DNA of 64,000 nt from the NCBI RefSeq assembly GCF_001194135.2, contig NC_068993.1, positions 10,340,665 through 10,404,664 of the forward strand, written 5' to 3'. The notes beneath the pieces were generated by a model that did no database searches, was not told the origin of the DNA, and worked only from the letters and a program-made list of their open reading frames with translations. The DNA comes from Octopus bimaculoides (lineage: Eukaryota). Shown in pieces: positions 13,101 through 22,048 of the stretch (position 1 is the first letter of the stretch; each line of letters opens with the position of its first letter). The translations under genes and the position numbers were made by a program.

Positions 13101-15937
13101 AGTGGGTGCTTTTACGTGTCACCCGCACGAAAACGGCCACGCTCGAAATGGTGTCTTTTATGTGCCACCCGCACAAGCCAGTCCAGGGGCACTGGCAACG
13201 ATCTCACTCGAAAATCCTACGGGAGCCAGTCAGGCGGTACTGGCAACGGCCATGCTCAAAATGGTGCATCTCATATACGTAATATACGGTCATTCATTCA
13301 ATAATGTCTTTTTTTTTTTTGCAGTTTTTTAAAATTTCTCTTTTTACTTCTCGCAGGAACCCAGCTTTGGAAGAACAAGCCAGCGATCGTATCTATAGAG
13401 TTGGTCAAAAACATGATGTTGAGATTCATCGGTAAGTTTTGAGTCTTTTATTCCATAATTCCACATCATGCCAGTCGTTCCTTTTATGATTTAGTCAGAG
13501 AAGTTCAGCTACTGTGACCTGGACATGTTTTTTACGGTTGAATGGAATGGAACAACACTGGTCGTATGAATGGGGATGTTCATTTACTAATGTCATGACA
13601 AGGAGACATTAACACATACACAATCGCATGCGCATACACACACACACATACCTTTTTTACGTGTTTCAGTCATTTGACTGTGGCCATGCTGGAACACTGC
13701 CTTTAGTTGAAGAAATCGACCCTGGGACTTATTTTGTAAGCCTAGTACTTATTCTGTCACTCTCTTTTGCTGAACCACTAAGTTTTGGAGACATAAACAC
13801 ACTAACATTGGTTGTCAATAAACACACTAACATTGGTTGTCAATAAACACACACACACACACACAAAAATATATATATACGTATATCTATACACACGATA
13901 GGCTTCTTTCAGTTTCCATCTACCAAATCTGCTCACAAGGCTTTGGTCGGTCTGAGATTAAGTAGAAGGCACTTGCCCAAGGTGCTAACGCACTGGGATT
14001 GAACCTGGAACTATGTGGTTGGGAAGCAAGCTTCCTACCACACAGCTACGTCTTATACACACATGCAGTCAAGATTGGATGAAACTTGTGAAAGAGGGAG
14101 ACCCAAGAAAACATGGAACGATTATCAGGACACTGAACCTTATCGAGGAGATGACAAAGGGCTGAGATGTCTGGTGCCTTGTTGTACTCAAGAAGACCCG
14201 TCCTCCACAGCAGAAGTATTAATGTTGTTTCACTTGCTGAAGAGGATTGGCCTGTAAGAGCCCTGTGCTGGTGCCACCTAAAAGGCACCCAACAAACTCT
14301 GTAAAGTGGTTGGCATTAGGAAGGGCATCCAGAAACCAAACCGAATCGGACTGAAACCATGTGCACCTTTCTGGCTTGCCATCTCTGATCAAACTCTCCA
14401 ACCCATGTCAACATGGAAAACAGACATTATAGGATGATGATGCTGTATATATACACAAACTATGGGCTTCTTTTACTTTCTATTTATCACATCCACTCAA
14501 AAGGCTTTTGTCAGGCTATCTAGAAGACATTTCCCCAAGTTACCATGAGATGAAACTGAACCTGAAATCAGATGGTTGAGAAGCAAACATTTTAATCTTG
14601 CAGCCATGCCTGTGGCTAAGTTTTATTATCATCATCATCGTCGTTTAAACGTCCACCTTCCATGCTAGCATGGGTTGGACGATTTGACTGAGAACTGGCG
14701 AATCAGATGGCTACACCAGGCTCCAATCTGATTTGGCAGAGTTTCTACAGCTGGATGCCCTTCCTAACGCCAACCACTCCGAGAGTGTAGTGGGTGCTTT
14801 TACTTGCCGCTGGCACGAAGGCCAGTCAGGCGGTACTGGCAATGGCCACACTCAAAATGGTGTATTTTACGTGCCACCTGCACAAGAGCCAGTCCAGCAG
14901 TACTGACAACGCCCTCGCTCGAATGTTTGAATTTTATTTTGTTAAAAGAAAGCAGAGTTTTATCAAGGCAGAATCTCAGACAAGTTTTTATTTATCTTTT
15001 TCTAAGGTTTGTCTGTCAGGACACAATTGAGGAGAAAATTTTAACATTACAAAATCAGAAACGTAAATTGGCCAAAGATGTATTGACAACGTAAGTTTCT
15101 CTTTACATGTGTTCATATTGTTTGACTATTTCATTTTTGCATGCTTCTTGATGTGAACTTATTTTTTATTGCTATTTGTGACCACATCAACAACATGCCC
15201 TGAAACAGACTTGGAATAGAGAGGGCATGTTATTGATAAGGTTGTGAATGACAACGAAAGGACTTTTGACAACCTTGGCTGATTGATTGACTAACTGAAC
15301 ATTAAAAGCACACTGTGTAAAGTGGTTGGTATTGAATGGAGGCATAGCATTGTCTTGTGGGTTACTTGCTGAGTTGTACTGGGGCCACATAAAAAGCACC
15401 CAGTACACTGTAAAGTGGTTGGTGTGAGGAAAGGCATCTGTTGATAGAAAACTCACCACAACAGACATGGATGCAGTCCTCTGGTTCACAAGCGCCTGTT
15501 GAACCATCCAGCCCATGTCAGCATGGAAAATGGACATTGAATGATGATGATGATTCAAACAACTGAAAAGTGCATTATTACTATTCGGTTAGATGTTGAA
15601 TCGATATTTGGTCCTTGTATATAAGATGTCCGCTGTTGGAATCTCTGCGTGAGATGTCTGCAATTGACCAGCATGGTCGGCTTCTTGTGAAACTGGATTC
15701 ACTTGCTGGAATGAGTTCATTTCCTCCGAGGGTCGAATACCAATACAAGTACAATTATTTTGATACTCCGTCTGGGGAAAAACGGGGAAGAATCTATAAA
15801 CATTGCCTTTTCTTAAACAAACGCATCAGTAAAGGTTGAAGAAAATTTACTCTCCTTTTCTTTTTGTTAACAGGTCAGGACAAACCAATAGTCGGTTGCA
15901 ACTTAATGACTTGCGAATGCTGTTTGAGATTAAATGA
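995..15937 (+). CDS. TTF2: Transcription termination factor 2 (TTF2/lodestar, SNF2-family ATPase), 3' part; 14 coding exons, 5' end outside window
   Basis: Spliced translation gives SNF2 motifs in order: [91 protein letters not shown]. No RING insert; the C-terminus [14 protein letters not shown] resembles the TTF2 terminus as I recall it. All 13 junction phases are consistent. Confidence 0.9.
1165..1600 (-). mobile_element. Two tandem copies of SINE family C (tRNA-type head)
   Basis: Recurrent aactggtactt...gaaaggatgaaaggcaaagt...gaatttgaact; B-box-like GAGTTCAAAT on the - strand in intact copies. Confidence 0.85.
1958..2087 (+). CDS. TTF2: TTF2 exon ([17 protein letters not shown]...)
   Basis: ttctttcag acceptor, gtaagt donor; DVVLTTY motif; phase 2 to 0. 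Confidence 0.9.
2310..2500 (+). CDS. TTF2: TTF2 exon (Walker B ILDEAH, motif III TGTPIQN)
   Basis: ccatttcag acceptor, gtgaga donor; [14 protein letters not shown]...[21 protein letters not shown]. Confidence 0.95.
2560..2900. repeat. CT-rich low-complexity tract with internal duplication
   Basis: (CTT/CCT)n; tcttttttttccacctcttattcctctctttcttatt occurs twice. Confidence 0.9.
3257..3321 (+). CDS. TTF2: TTF2 exon ([21 protein letters not shown]), ends at a GC donor
   Basis: aattcag acceptor. Only the GCAAGT donor at 3322 gives the phase 1 needed by the next exon. Confidence 0.85.
4070..4370 (-). mobile_element. SINE family A
   Basis: Reverse complement of 468-810 at high identity. Confidence 0.9.
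4454..4539 (+). CDS. TTF2: TTF2 exon ([21 protein letters not shown])
   Basis: ttttgttacag acceptor, gtaaat donor; LLRRTK motif. Confidence 0.92.
4570..5195 (+). mobile_element. Degenerate RTE-clade LINE 3' fragment (RT C-terminus plus family A tail)
   Basis: Broken translation TAML.GSET..., [11 protein letters not shown]...[20 protein letters not shown]...MNEDS...GRPRK, followed by the family A tail and (GAT)n. Confidence 0.8.
5826..5917 (+). CDS. TTF2: TTF2 exon (IKMTKKK...[13 protein letters not shown])
   Basis: atttcag acceptor, gtgagt donor; phase 0 to 2. Confidence 0.88.
6060..6672. mobile_element. Two SINE family B copies tail-to-tail (6060-6270 +, 6281-6672 -)
   Basis: Shared ccagcatggcc(a/g)cagtc...actga...aaaagag end in opposite orientations; embedded (TA/CA)n. 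Confidence 0.85.
6950..7368 (+). mobile_element. 3' end of an L1/Tx1-like LINE with AATAAA and (TTA)n tail
   Basis: Frame [22 protein letters not shown]...FVKRWMNV resembles an ORF2 C-terminus, followed by UTR, aataaa at ~7313 and (TTA)n. Family assignment is from memory. Confidence 0.5.
7374..7581 (+). CDS. TTF2: TTF2 exon (...[21 protein letters not shown])
   Basis: acaacag acceptor, gtaagt donor; LLRLRQ motif; phase 2 to 0. Confidence 0.92.
7765..7900 (-). mobile_element. Penelope-like terminal fragment with decayed hammerhead-like core
   Basis: Minus strand: cCTGATGAaggctggagggtatatcatcctAAAtgttgtgttaacaac...atatctGTC. Confidence 0.5.
8226..8417 (+). CDS. TTF2: TTF2 exon (SIDKEM...SQSTK)
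   Basis: ttttgtttcag acceptor, gtgaat donor; ends in the STK motif preceding the HELICc domain; phase 0 to 0. Confidence 0.88.
9430..9491 (+). CDS. TTF2: TTF2 exon ([20 protein letters not shown])
   Basis: poly-T + cag acceptor, gtattt donor; phase 0 to 2. Confidence 0.88.
10611..11006 (+). mobile_element. SINE family B, full length (tRNA-like head, internal (TA/TG)n)
   Basis: ggcgcaggagtggctgtgtggtaagtagcttgc...gggttcagtccc (A/B-box-like)...gggcaagtgtcttctactatagcc...gaaacaagtaaaagag. Confidence 0.9.
11073..11226 (+). CDS. TTF2: TTF2 exon ([11 protein letters not shown]...[18 protein letters not shown])
   Basis: ttcccttgtag acceptor, gtaagt donor; helicase motif IV. Confidence 0.93.
11722..11804 (+). 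CDS. TTF2: TTF2 exon ([28 protein letters not shown])
   Basis: attccag acceptor, gtaaat donor; helicase motif V. Confidence 0.95.
12200..12660. mobile_element. Fold-back of family A copies enclosing a ~26-bp minisatellite
   Basis: Minus copy 12200-12375, about six gtgacatgtaa(a/g)aggcacc units 12400-12550, plus-strand tail 12545-12660. Confidence 0.7.
12945..13270 (-). mobile_element. SINE family A
   Basis: High identity to the reverse complement of 468-810. Confidence 0.9.
13357..13431 (+). CDS. TTF2: TTF2 exon ([17 protein letters not shown])
   Basis: ttctcgcag acceptor, gtaagt donor; helicase motif VI. Confidence 0.95.
13655..14052 (-). mobile_element. SINE family B
   Basis: Reverse complement of 10611-11006; internal 22-bp duplication aaacacactaacattggttgtca. 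Confidence 0.85.
14065..14440 (+). mobile_element. RTE LINE 3' fragment (ERGRPKKTW) continuing into family A tail
   Basis: GRPKKTW motif, then aaaggcaccc...aggaagggcatcc...gatgatgat. Confidence 0.75.
14630..14930 (-). mobile_element. SINE family A
   Basis: High identity to the other family A copies. Confidence 0.9.
15007..15090 (+). CDS. TTF2: TTF2 exon ([27 protein letters not shown])
   Basis: tttttctaag acceptor, gtaagt donor. Confidence 0.93.
15874..15937 (+). CDS. TTF2: TTF2 last coding exon ([20 protein letters not shown])
   Basis: ttttgttaacag acceptor; TGA stop at 15935-15937. Confidence 0.9.
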
Positions 15938-16960
15938 ACAGAAGGGAGAAAAAGAAGAAAAAAAGGAAATTTTTTACTTGCATGTCCTTTTTGCTATGGT
16001 TTATGCTTTTGATAAGATTATATTTTTATATTTGTGAAATATCCAAAACGACTAGACTCTAAATTGAAATGATCTAGCGTTGTAAGAGTTTTACTTCATT
16101 CCTGTTACTTGTTAATTATTAAATAATTATAATTACAGAGAAGAAAGTAAATTTCGAATACAGTATGGCTGGGAAAACAGCAGAAAGATTGGCTATTTTA
16201 CTCTTATAAGATAAGATAGAAAAGAAGTTGCCAGAAGGTGACTGACAAATTTTTTTTGTCTTATCTTATAAGGGTTGAAGTACCCAGCCTTTCTACTGTT
16301 TTCTTAGCTATACTGCGTTTGAAATTTACTTTATTCTTTGTAACATACCAAACACATTTGATGTTTATAAAATTATAATTATTATTGTCAGAAATTGTGG
16401 AACTCTGAAAAGCATTTAGTTTCTTTGTTGGCATCTTGAATTCAAATTCTGCAGGGATCAGATGCATGGACATATTAGACAATTTAGGCAGTGCATATTC
16501 AGGAAGAAATGATTTTAGTGCTTTAACCTTTTCGCTTTCAAATTACACCATCGAATATAGTGCCTTTTTATACAAAATGTTTTGACTTAACCCTGCATTA
16601 TCTTATAGCTTTCAGACTTCCATGATATGATTTTAGAATGTTAGTGTAGGTTAGTTGTGAAAGATTAGATGTGGCCAATTTGGACTGGATTTGGCTGGTT
16701 TAAATGCTAAAGGATTAAAGATTATGTGAGACCCAACTTCATTTATAGGACCCAGGGTGATGTTTTATTTTGAGACATGCTAAGTTTTCAAATATGGCAC
16801 TACTAATCAAGTACTGGTGTATAATCTTGTACTTAATTTGTAAGATAATTATTTTTATTAAAATTGTTTTTAATATTTGTTCAAACGTGTACAGTGACTA
16901 TTTTAAAATAAGCAAATTAAAATCATATTCTTATTTTATATTAAGCCACAAACAAACATA

Positions 16961-17080
16961 TAAATATATATATTTATATATATAAATATATATATTTATA
17001 TATATAAATATATATATTTATATATATAAATATATATATTTATATATATAAATATATATATTTATATATATAAATATATA
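16961..17080. repeat. AT-rich 20-bp minisatellite (ATATATATTTATATATATAA)n
   Basis: About six tandem units. Confidence 0.9.
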
Positions 17081-17162
17081 ATTGCAGCGTGGAAGTTGTT
17101 TATAAGCCATTTAAAATCCGTTAGATTTACTTCAACATTTAAATTTAATTTGTCAAAATATT

Positions 17163-17262
17163 NNNNNNNNNNNNNNNNNNNNNNNNNNNNNNNNNNNNNN
17201 NNNNNNNNNNNNNNNNNNNNNNNNNNNNNNNNNNNNNNNNNNNNNNNNNNNNNNNNNNNNNN
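17163..17262. other. Assembly gap
   Basis: Run of N. Confidence 1.
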
Positions 17263-17339
17263 CTGGAGTAGAGGAATGGTAGCGACTTTGGAGAAATTCA
17301 GCAATGTACAACAAGTTAGTGGCTACTTCAGATGAAATC

Positions 17340-18950
17340 ACTTGTACTAATTGTGATCGTAGTCATAGTTCTGGTTGGTTGAGGTTTTATGTTTTAAAAA
17401 TTTTTTTGTGGTTTAAAAAATATATAATATATATATAACAGAGAGAGAGAGAATTCTACAAGGCAACAATGTTGTGATAGCAAAAGTTTGCTTAAGGCAT
17501 ACCACAACACTGGGATAAAAAAAAAGCTACAGAACTCTTTTTCTGCATTTAAAAGTATGGGAATGCTGCCTGGATTTGACTGCTTTTGAAATAGAACCAG
17601 AAATGTTTTTTTTTTTATTGAAAGAAAAAAGGGAGGGGTGGGGATTAATTAACGCCTTGTATAAAAACCAAGCATTAATTCCGAAATTTCTTTGAAGAAA
17701 AACAAACAATAAGATGAAATAGAAATACATCTTTTGAGTTAAACAGAAGAGAGGGAGAAAAGAGAAATTAGATTTGAACAAGCAACTGAAATAAGTATTT
17801 CGGCTGTAAAACAGAGATGGGCGGATATGCAACTGGATAAAGCAAAAAAGAAAATAAATAAAAGGCAAGAAATAATAGAAATGCGTAAAAAAAATAAAAC
17901 AAAGATCTACATTGTCATTACATTATTTTTCACAGCTTAGTATAAAGGTTTGAGAAGAAAAAAAAGGTAAGTTGAAATAAANNNNNNNNNNNNNNNNNNN
18001 NNNNNNNNNNNNNNNNNNNNNNNNNNNNNNNNNNNNNNNNNNNNNNNNNNNNNNNNNNNNNNNNNNNNNNNNNNNNNNNNNNNNNNNNNNNNNNNNNNNN
18101 NNNNNNNNNNNNNNNNNNNNNNNNNNNNNNNNNNNNNNNNNNNNNNNNNNNNNNNNNNNNNNNNNNNNNNNNNNNNNNNNNNNNNNNNNNNNNNNNNNNN
18201 NNNNNNNNNNNNNNNNNNNNNNNNNNNNNNNNNNNNNNNNNNNNNNNNNNNNNNNNNNNNNNNNNNNNNNNNNNNNNNNNNNNNNNNNNNCCATCTTTTT
18301 TTCAGAGGGGAGAGAAAAAACTAAGAAAATATACATCTTAAAAAATAGGAAGTTAAAAAGGTATTTTTTCTCCTTAAGAAAACAAAAAAACAAACAAAAC
18401 TGTAAATTCCAAAGAGAACTCTTGAATGAAAATTTAAATACAAAAATTTAAAAGAATTTTTTTTGTGTAGTCTTTTGTGCTTTCTTTTAAAAGAAAAAAA
18501 AATATATAATATATATATAAAAAAGATTTTAAAAAAGTCCAGGCATTTTACTGCAAAATATAAGTTAGGACATTGTCCATCAAGCGTCTTTTGGATTTTA
18601 TAAAAAAAAAAAAAAAATGCTTGGGCAGAGAGAAACTATGCAAATGGGGAGTGTGTGTGTATGTTTGTGTGTAAGGAGATCCATGTGCCACACTAATGCT
18701 CACACCTAAATGGAGACTTATTTATATTTCACTTCTGATTATTATCATCATCATCATAATTTCTTTTTACATTATAATCAGAATATGTTTCCTCCATCAA
18801 CTCATCTTCCAAATCAAACAGATGGAGTGATAATTTACAAATAATATATATATAAGCCACATCAGATACCATGATGAATTTAAGGTAACAGAGGTGGTCA
18901 GACTCTACATAAAGAGTACACAACCACCATATATATATTATATTGATTTC

Positions 18951-18992
<42 letters not shown>

Positions 18993-19778
18993 GTAACTTT
19001 AGATTTTCATTTTCCTCTAACATTGACATGAAACAGGAATTATTATTATTATTACTATTATTATTAAACATAATAATAATAATATAAAGTACACCCCCCC
19101 AGCTCTCCAACTTTTTACCATTATTATGAAATTTCCAGTATGTGTGTGATTTGTTGTTTATAATTTATGTAACAAAAATCGTTTCATACATATATATGAT
19201 AGAACTAGAATTCATGTGGGAGTCTTTTGAAAGACATTTCCAGACATCATCAAAATGATATCTTTTAGTCTTTACTGCAGATGACAATTATTATTTTGTT
19301 TGTTCCATTTTGTTCTTGTATTTTTACTTTTTAGTCGAAAATTAACCAGAAACTATTGGTAAAAAAAAAATTTAGAAAAAAAAAAATTGAAGTAAAATAA
19401 AATTAAAGATGGGAGAGGGGGTGGAGAGGGAGATGGAGGAGAAAGCCTAGGGTGGCACATCGATGGAAGAGTACAAACAAACAAGGAGAGGAGCAATGGG
19501 GAGAGGGAAGAGTTGAAGATTACTGGGAGTCAGCTATACCAGCAGTTAGAGAGGTGGAGGACTGCCCTAGTCAATTAAGACAAAAGAGAAATAATAATAA
19601 TAATGAGACCGACTAGGAAGTCTGCTTATTTTTTTTTTTTTAAAATGTTTGTTTGTTGCAGTAGTAATAAAAAACAGATGATCGTTTTTCAGCCACTTGG
19701 CTATGGTAATAGCAGGCATCGAGGAAACGATAAAGATGTTGTGAACACTGGTATATCGCACACATTCTCACTGTAACA
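17340..19778 (-). other. Probable terminal 3'UTR exon of 4.1/coracle (3' end uncertain)
   Basis: tttccaatttcttttttcag acceptor at 19779-19781 pairs with the gtaagt donor at 21917, 29 nt after the stop; downstream sequence is non-coding and SINE-free. The poly(A) site was not determined. Confidence 0.45.
17982..18290. other. Assembly gap
   Basis: Run of N. Confidence 1.
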
Positions 19779-19994
19779 CTGAAAAAAGAAATTGGAAATA
19801 TATTATTATTATTATTATTACTATTATTATTATCTGTGAAATATAATAATAATTGCTTCGAATTTCTCGAAAGAGTGAAAAGCTAAGTTGATCTTGGTGG
19901 CATCTAAGTTCAGAATGTTAAGTCAGAAGGAATGCCACTAAGTATTTTGTGAAGTGTGCTAAAGATTGTCAGCTTGCTGCCATAATAATAATAA

Positions 19995-20310
19995 TTCATC
20001 ACCGTTTAACATCTGCCTTCCATGCTAGCATGGGTTGGATGATTTGACCGAGGAATGGCAAGCCAGAAGGCTGCACCAGGCTCCAATCTGATCTAGCAGA
20101 GTTTCTACAGCTGGATTCCCTTCTTCACACCAACCACTCCGAGAGTGTAGTGGGGTGCTTTTACATGCCACCGGCACGAGGGCCAGTCTGGTGGTACTGG
20201 CAACAGCTACGCTCAAATGGTCTCTTTTTTACGTGCCACCTGCACAGGAGCCAGTCCAGTGGCACTGGCAACGACCTCACTCGAATGTTTTTTCATGTGC
20301 CACCGGCACA
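19995..20310 (-). mobile_element. SINE family A
   Basis: Same family consensus in reverse orientation. Confidence 0.88.
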
Positions 20311-20344
20311 AGGATAACAATTTTGAGGGGTGGGGAAGCTGATT

Positions 20345-21005
20345 ACATCAACCTCCAGCTCTCAACTGGAACACGTATTTCATTGACTCCAAAAGGATGA
20401 AAGGCAGAGTTGTGCTCGGCAGAATTTTAACAAAGAATGTAAAGCTGGATAAAATGTTGCCAAGTATAATAATAATCCTTTCTACTAAAGGCGAAAGGCC
20501 TGAAATTTGGCAGGAGGGGACTAATCAATTACATAGACCCCCAGTGTTTCACTGGTACTTAATTTATTGACTCCAAAAGGATGAAAGGCAAAGTTGACCT
20601 CGGCAGAATTTGAACTCAGAACGTAGAGATGGATAAAACGCTGCTAAGCATTTTGTCCAGTGTGCTGACGGTTCTGCCAGCTCACCACCTTAATAATAAT
20701 AATCCTTTCTACTGTTGGCACAAGGCCTGAAATATTGAGGAGGGGGTGAGTCAATCACATTGACCCCAAAAGGATGAAAAGTAAAGTTAACCTCAGCGGA
20801 ATTTGAACTCAGAATGTAGCTACAGGCAAAATGCAGCTAATCATTTCGCCTGGCGTGCTAACGATTCTGCCAGCTCACCGACTTAATAATAATAATAATA
20901 ATCCTTTCTACTAAAGGCGCCATGCCTGAAATTTGTTGGGAGAGGACTAGTTGATTACATTGACAGTGTTTCACTGGTATTTAATTTATTGACCCTGAAA
21001 GGGTT
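20345..21005 (-). mobile_element. Cluster of tandem SINE family C copies separated by (TAA)n
   Basis: Four repeats of aatcctttctact...aaggcctgaaat / ggatgaaaggcaaagt. Confidence 0.85.
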
Positions 21006-21329
21006 AACTAAAAGCCTGAAAACAAGCAATGGAAGTTTTAATTGAGGCAGCAATAATCGATTCTTAACAGTAGCATAATGAGTCAAATGTTTGGTTGATT
21101 AAATTGACCTTCAAAATCGATTGGTACTTTATTTTATCAACCTTGGAATGATGAAAGGTAAAAGTCGACAGCATAAGGATTTGAGCTTGGGGATATGAAG
21201 GTCCTGTAACTAAATGCTGCACTACATTTATCTGATGTTATGAATCTGCCAAAAAGCCATAAGATAAGTCAGCAAGGGTAACTCTGTGCAAACGAACAAG
21301 GCAGCTTGTATATGGTCAGTTGTTAACAA

Positions 21330-21735
21330 TACTCTTTTACTTGTTTCAGTCATTTGACTGCGGCCATGCTGGAGCACCGCATTTAGTCGAGCAAATCGAC
21401 CCCAGGACTTATTCTTTGTAAGCCTAGTACTTATTCTGTTGGTCTCTTTTGCCGAACCACTAAGTTACGGGGATGTAAACATACCACCATCGGTTGTCAA
21501 GCGATGTTGTCAAGGGACAAACACAGACACACAAACATATACACACACATACATATATATATAGATATATACGACAGGCTTCTTTCAGTTTCCGTCTACC
21601 AAATCCACTCACAAGGCTTTGGTCAGCCTGAGGCTATAGTAGAAGACACTTGTCCAAGATGCCACGCAGTGGGAATGAACCCGGAACCATGTGGTTGGTA
21701 AGCAAGCTACTTACCACACAGCCACTCCTGCACCT
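21330..21735 (-). mobile_element. SINE family B, full length
   Basis: Near-perfect reverse complement of 10611-11006. Confidence 0.9.
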
Positions 21736-21946
21736 AGTAGTTAAATTTCCTTTGAATGACGCTTCAGTTGTTTGTTTAACATCCATATTACGATGCTCGC
21801 ATGGCTTGTATAGAAAGTCATTTTGAAGTAGGGTTTTACAACCAGAGTGGAATGCTTTTGAACAACACCAACATAAACAAATTTAAAGGAAGTATAAGTG
21901 AGAGGGGCTATACTTACTGAAGGGTCTCAAACAATACTGAAAGATG

Positions 21947-22048
21947 TTAGTTATCATTTACTTCTTCAATTTCCCTCATGTATTCTATTTTTTCCACAGA
22001 CAAGTCAGGGTTCATCTGTGTTACAGAACGGATTGCCTCTGCAAGTGC
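21947..22048 (-). CDS. cora: 4.1/coracle last coding exon (ALAEAIRSVTQMNPDLSVEKIEYMREIEEVNDN*)
   Basis: ctttgattccag acceptor; TAA stop at 21947-21949; matches the end of the 4.1 CTD (ALAQAI...PD[ML]SV). Confidence 0.9.
   Translation of the reverse strand, partial: ALAEAIRSVTQMNPDLSVEKIEYMREIEEVNDN

Noticed and set aside
23-15558. Numerous 60-120-aa ORFs such as [26 protein letters not shown]...
   Set aside because: They recur wherever SINE family A occurs, so they are repeat-derived frames, not genes.
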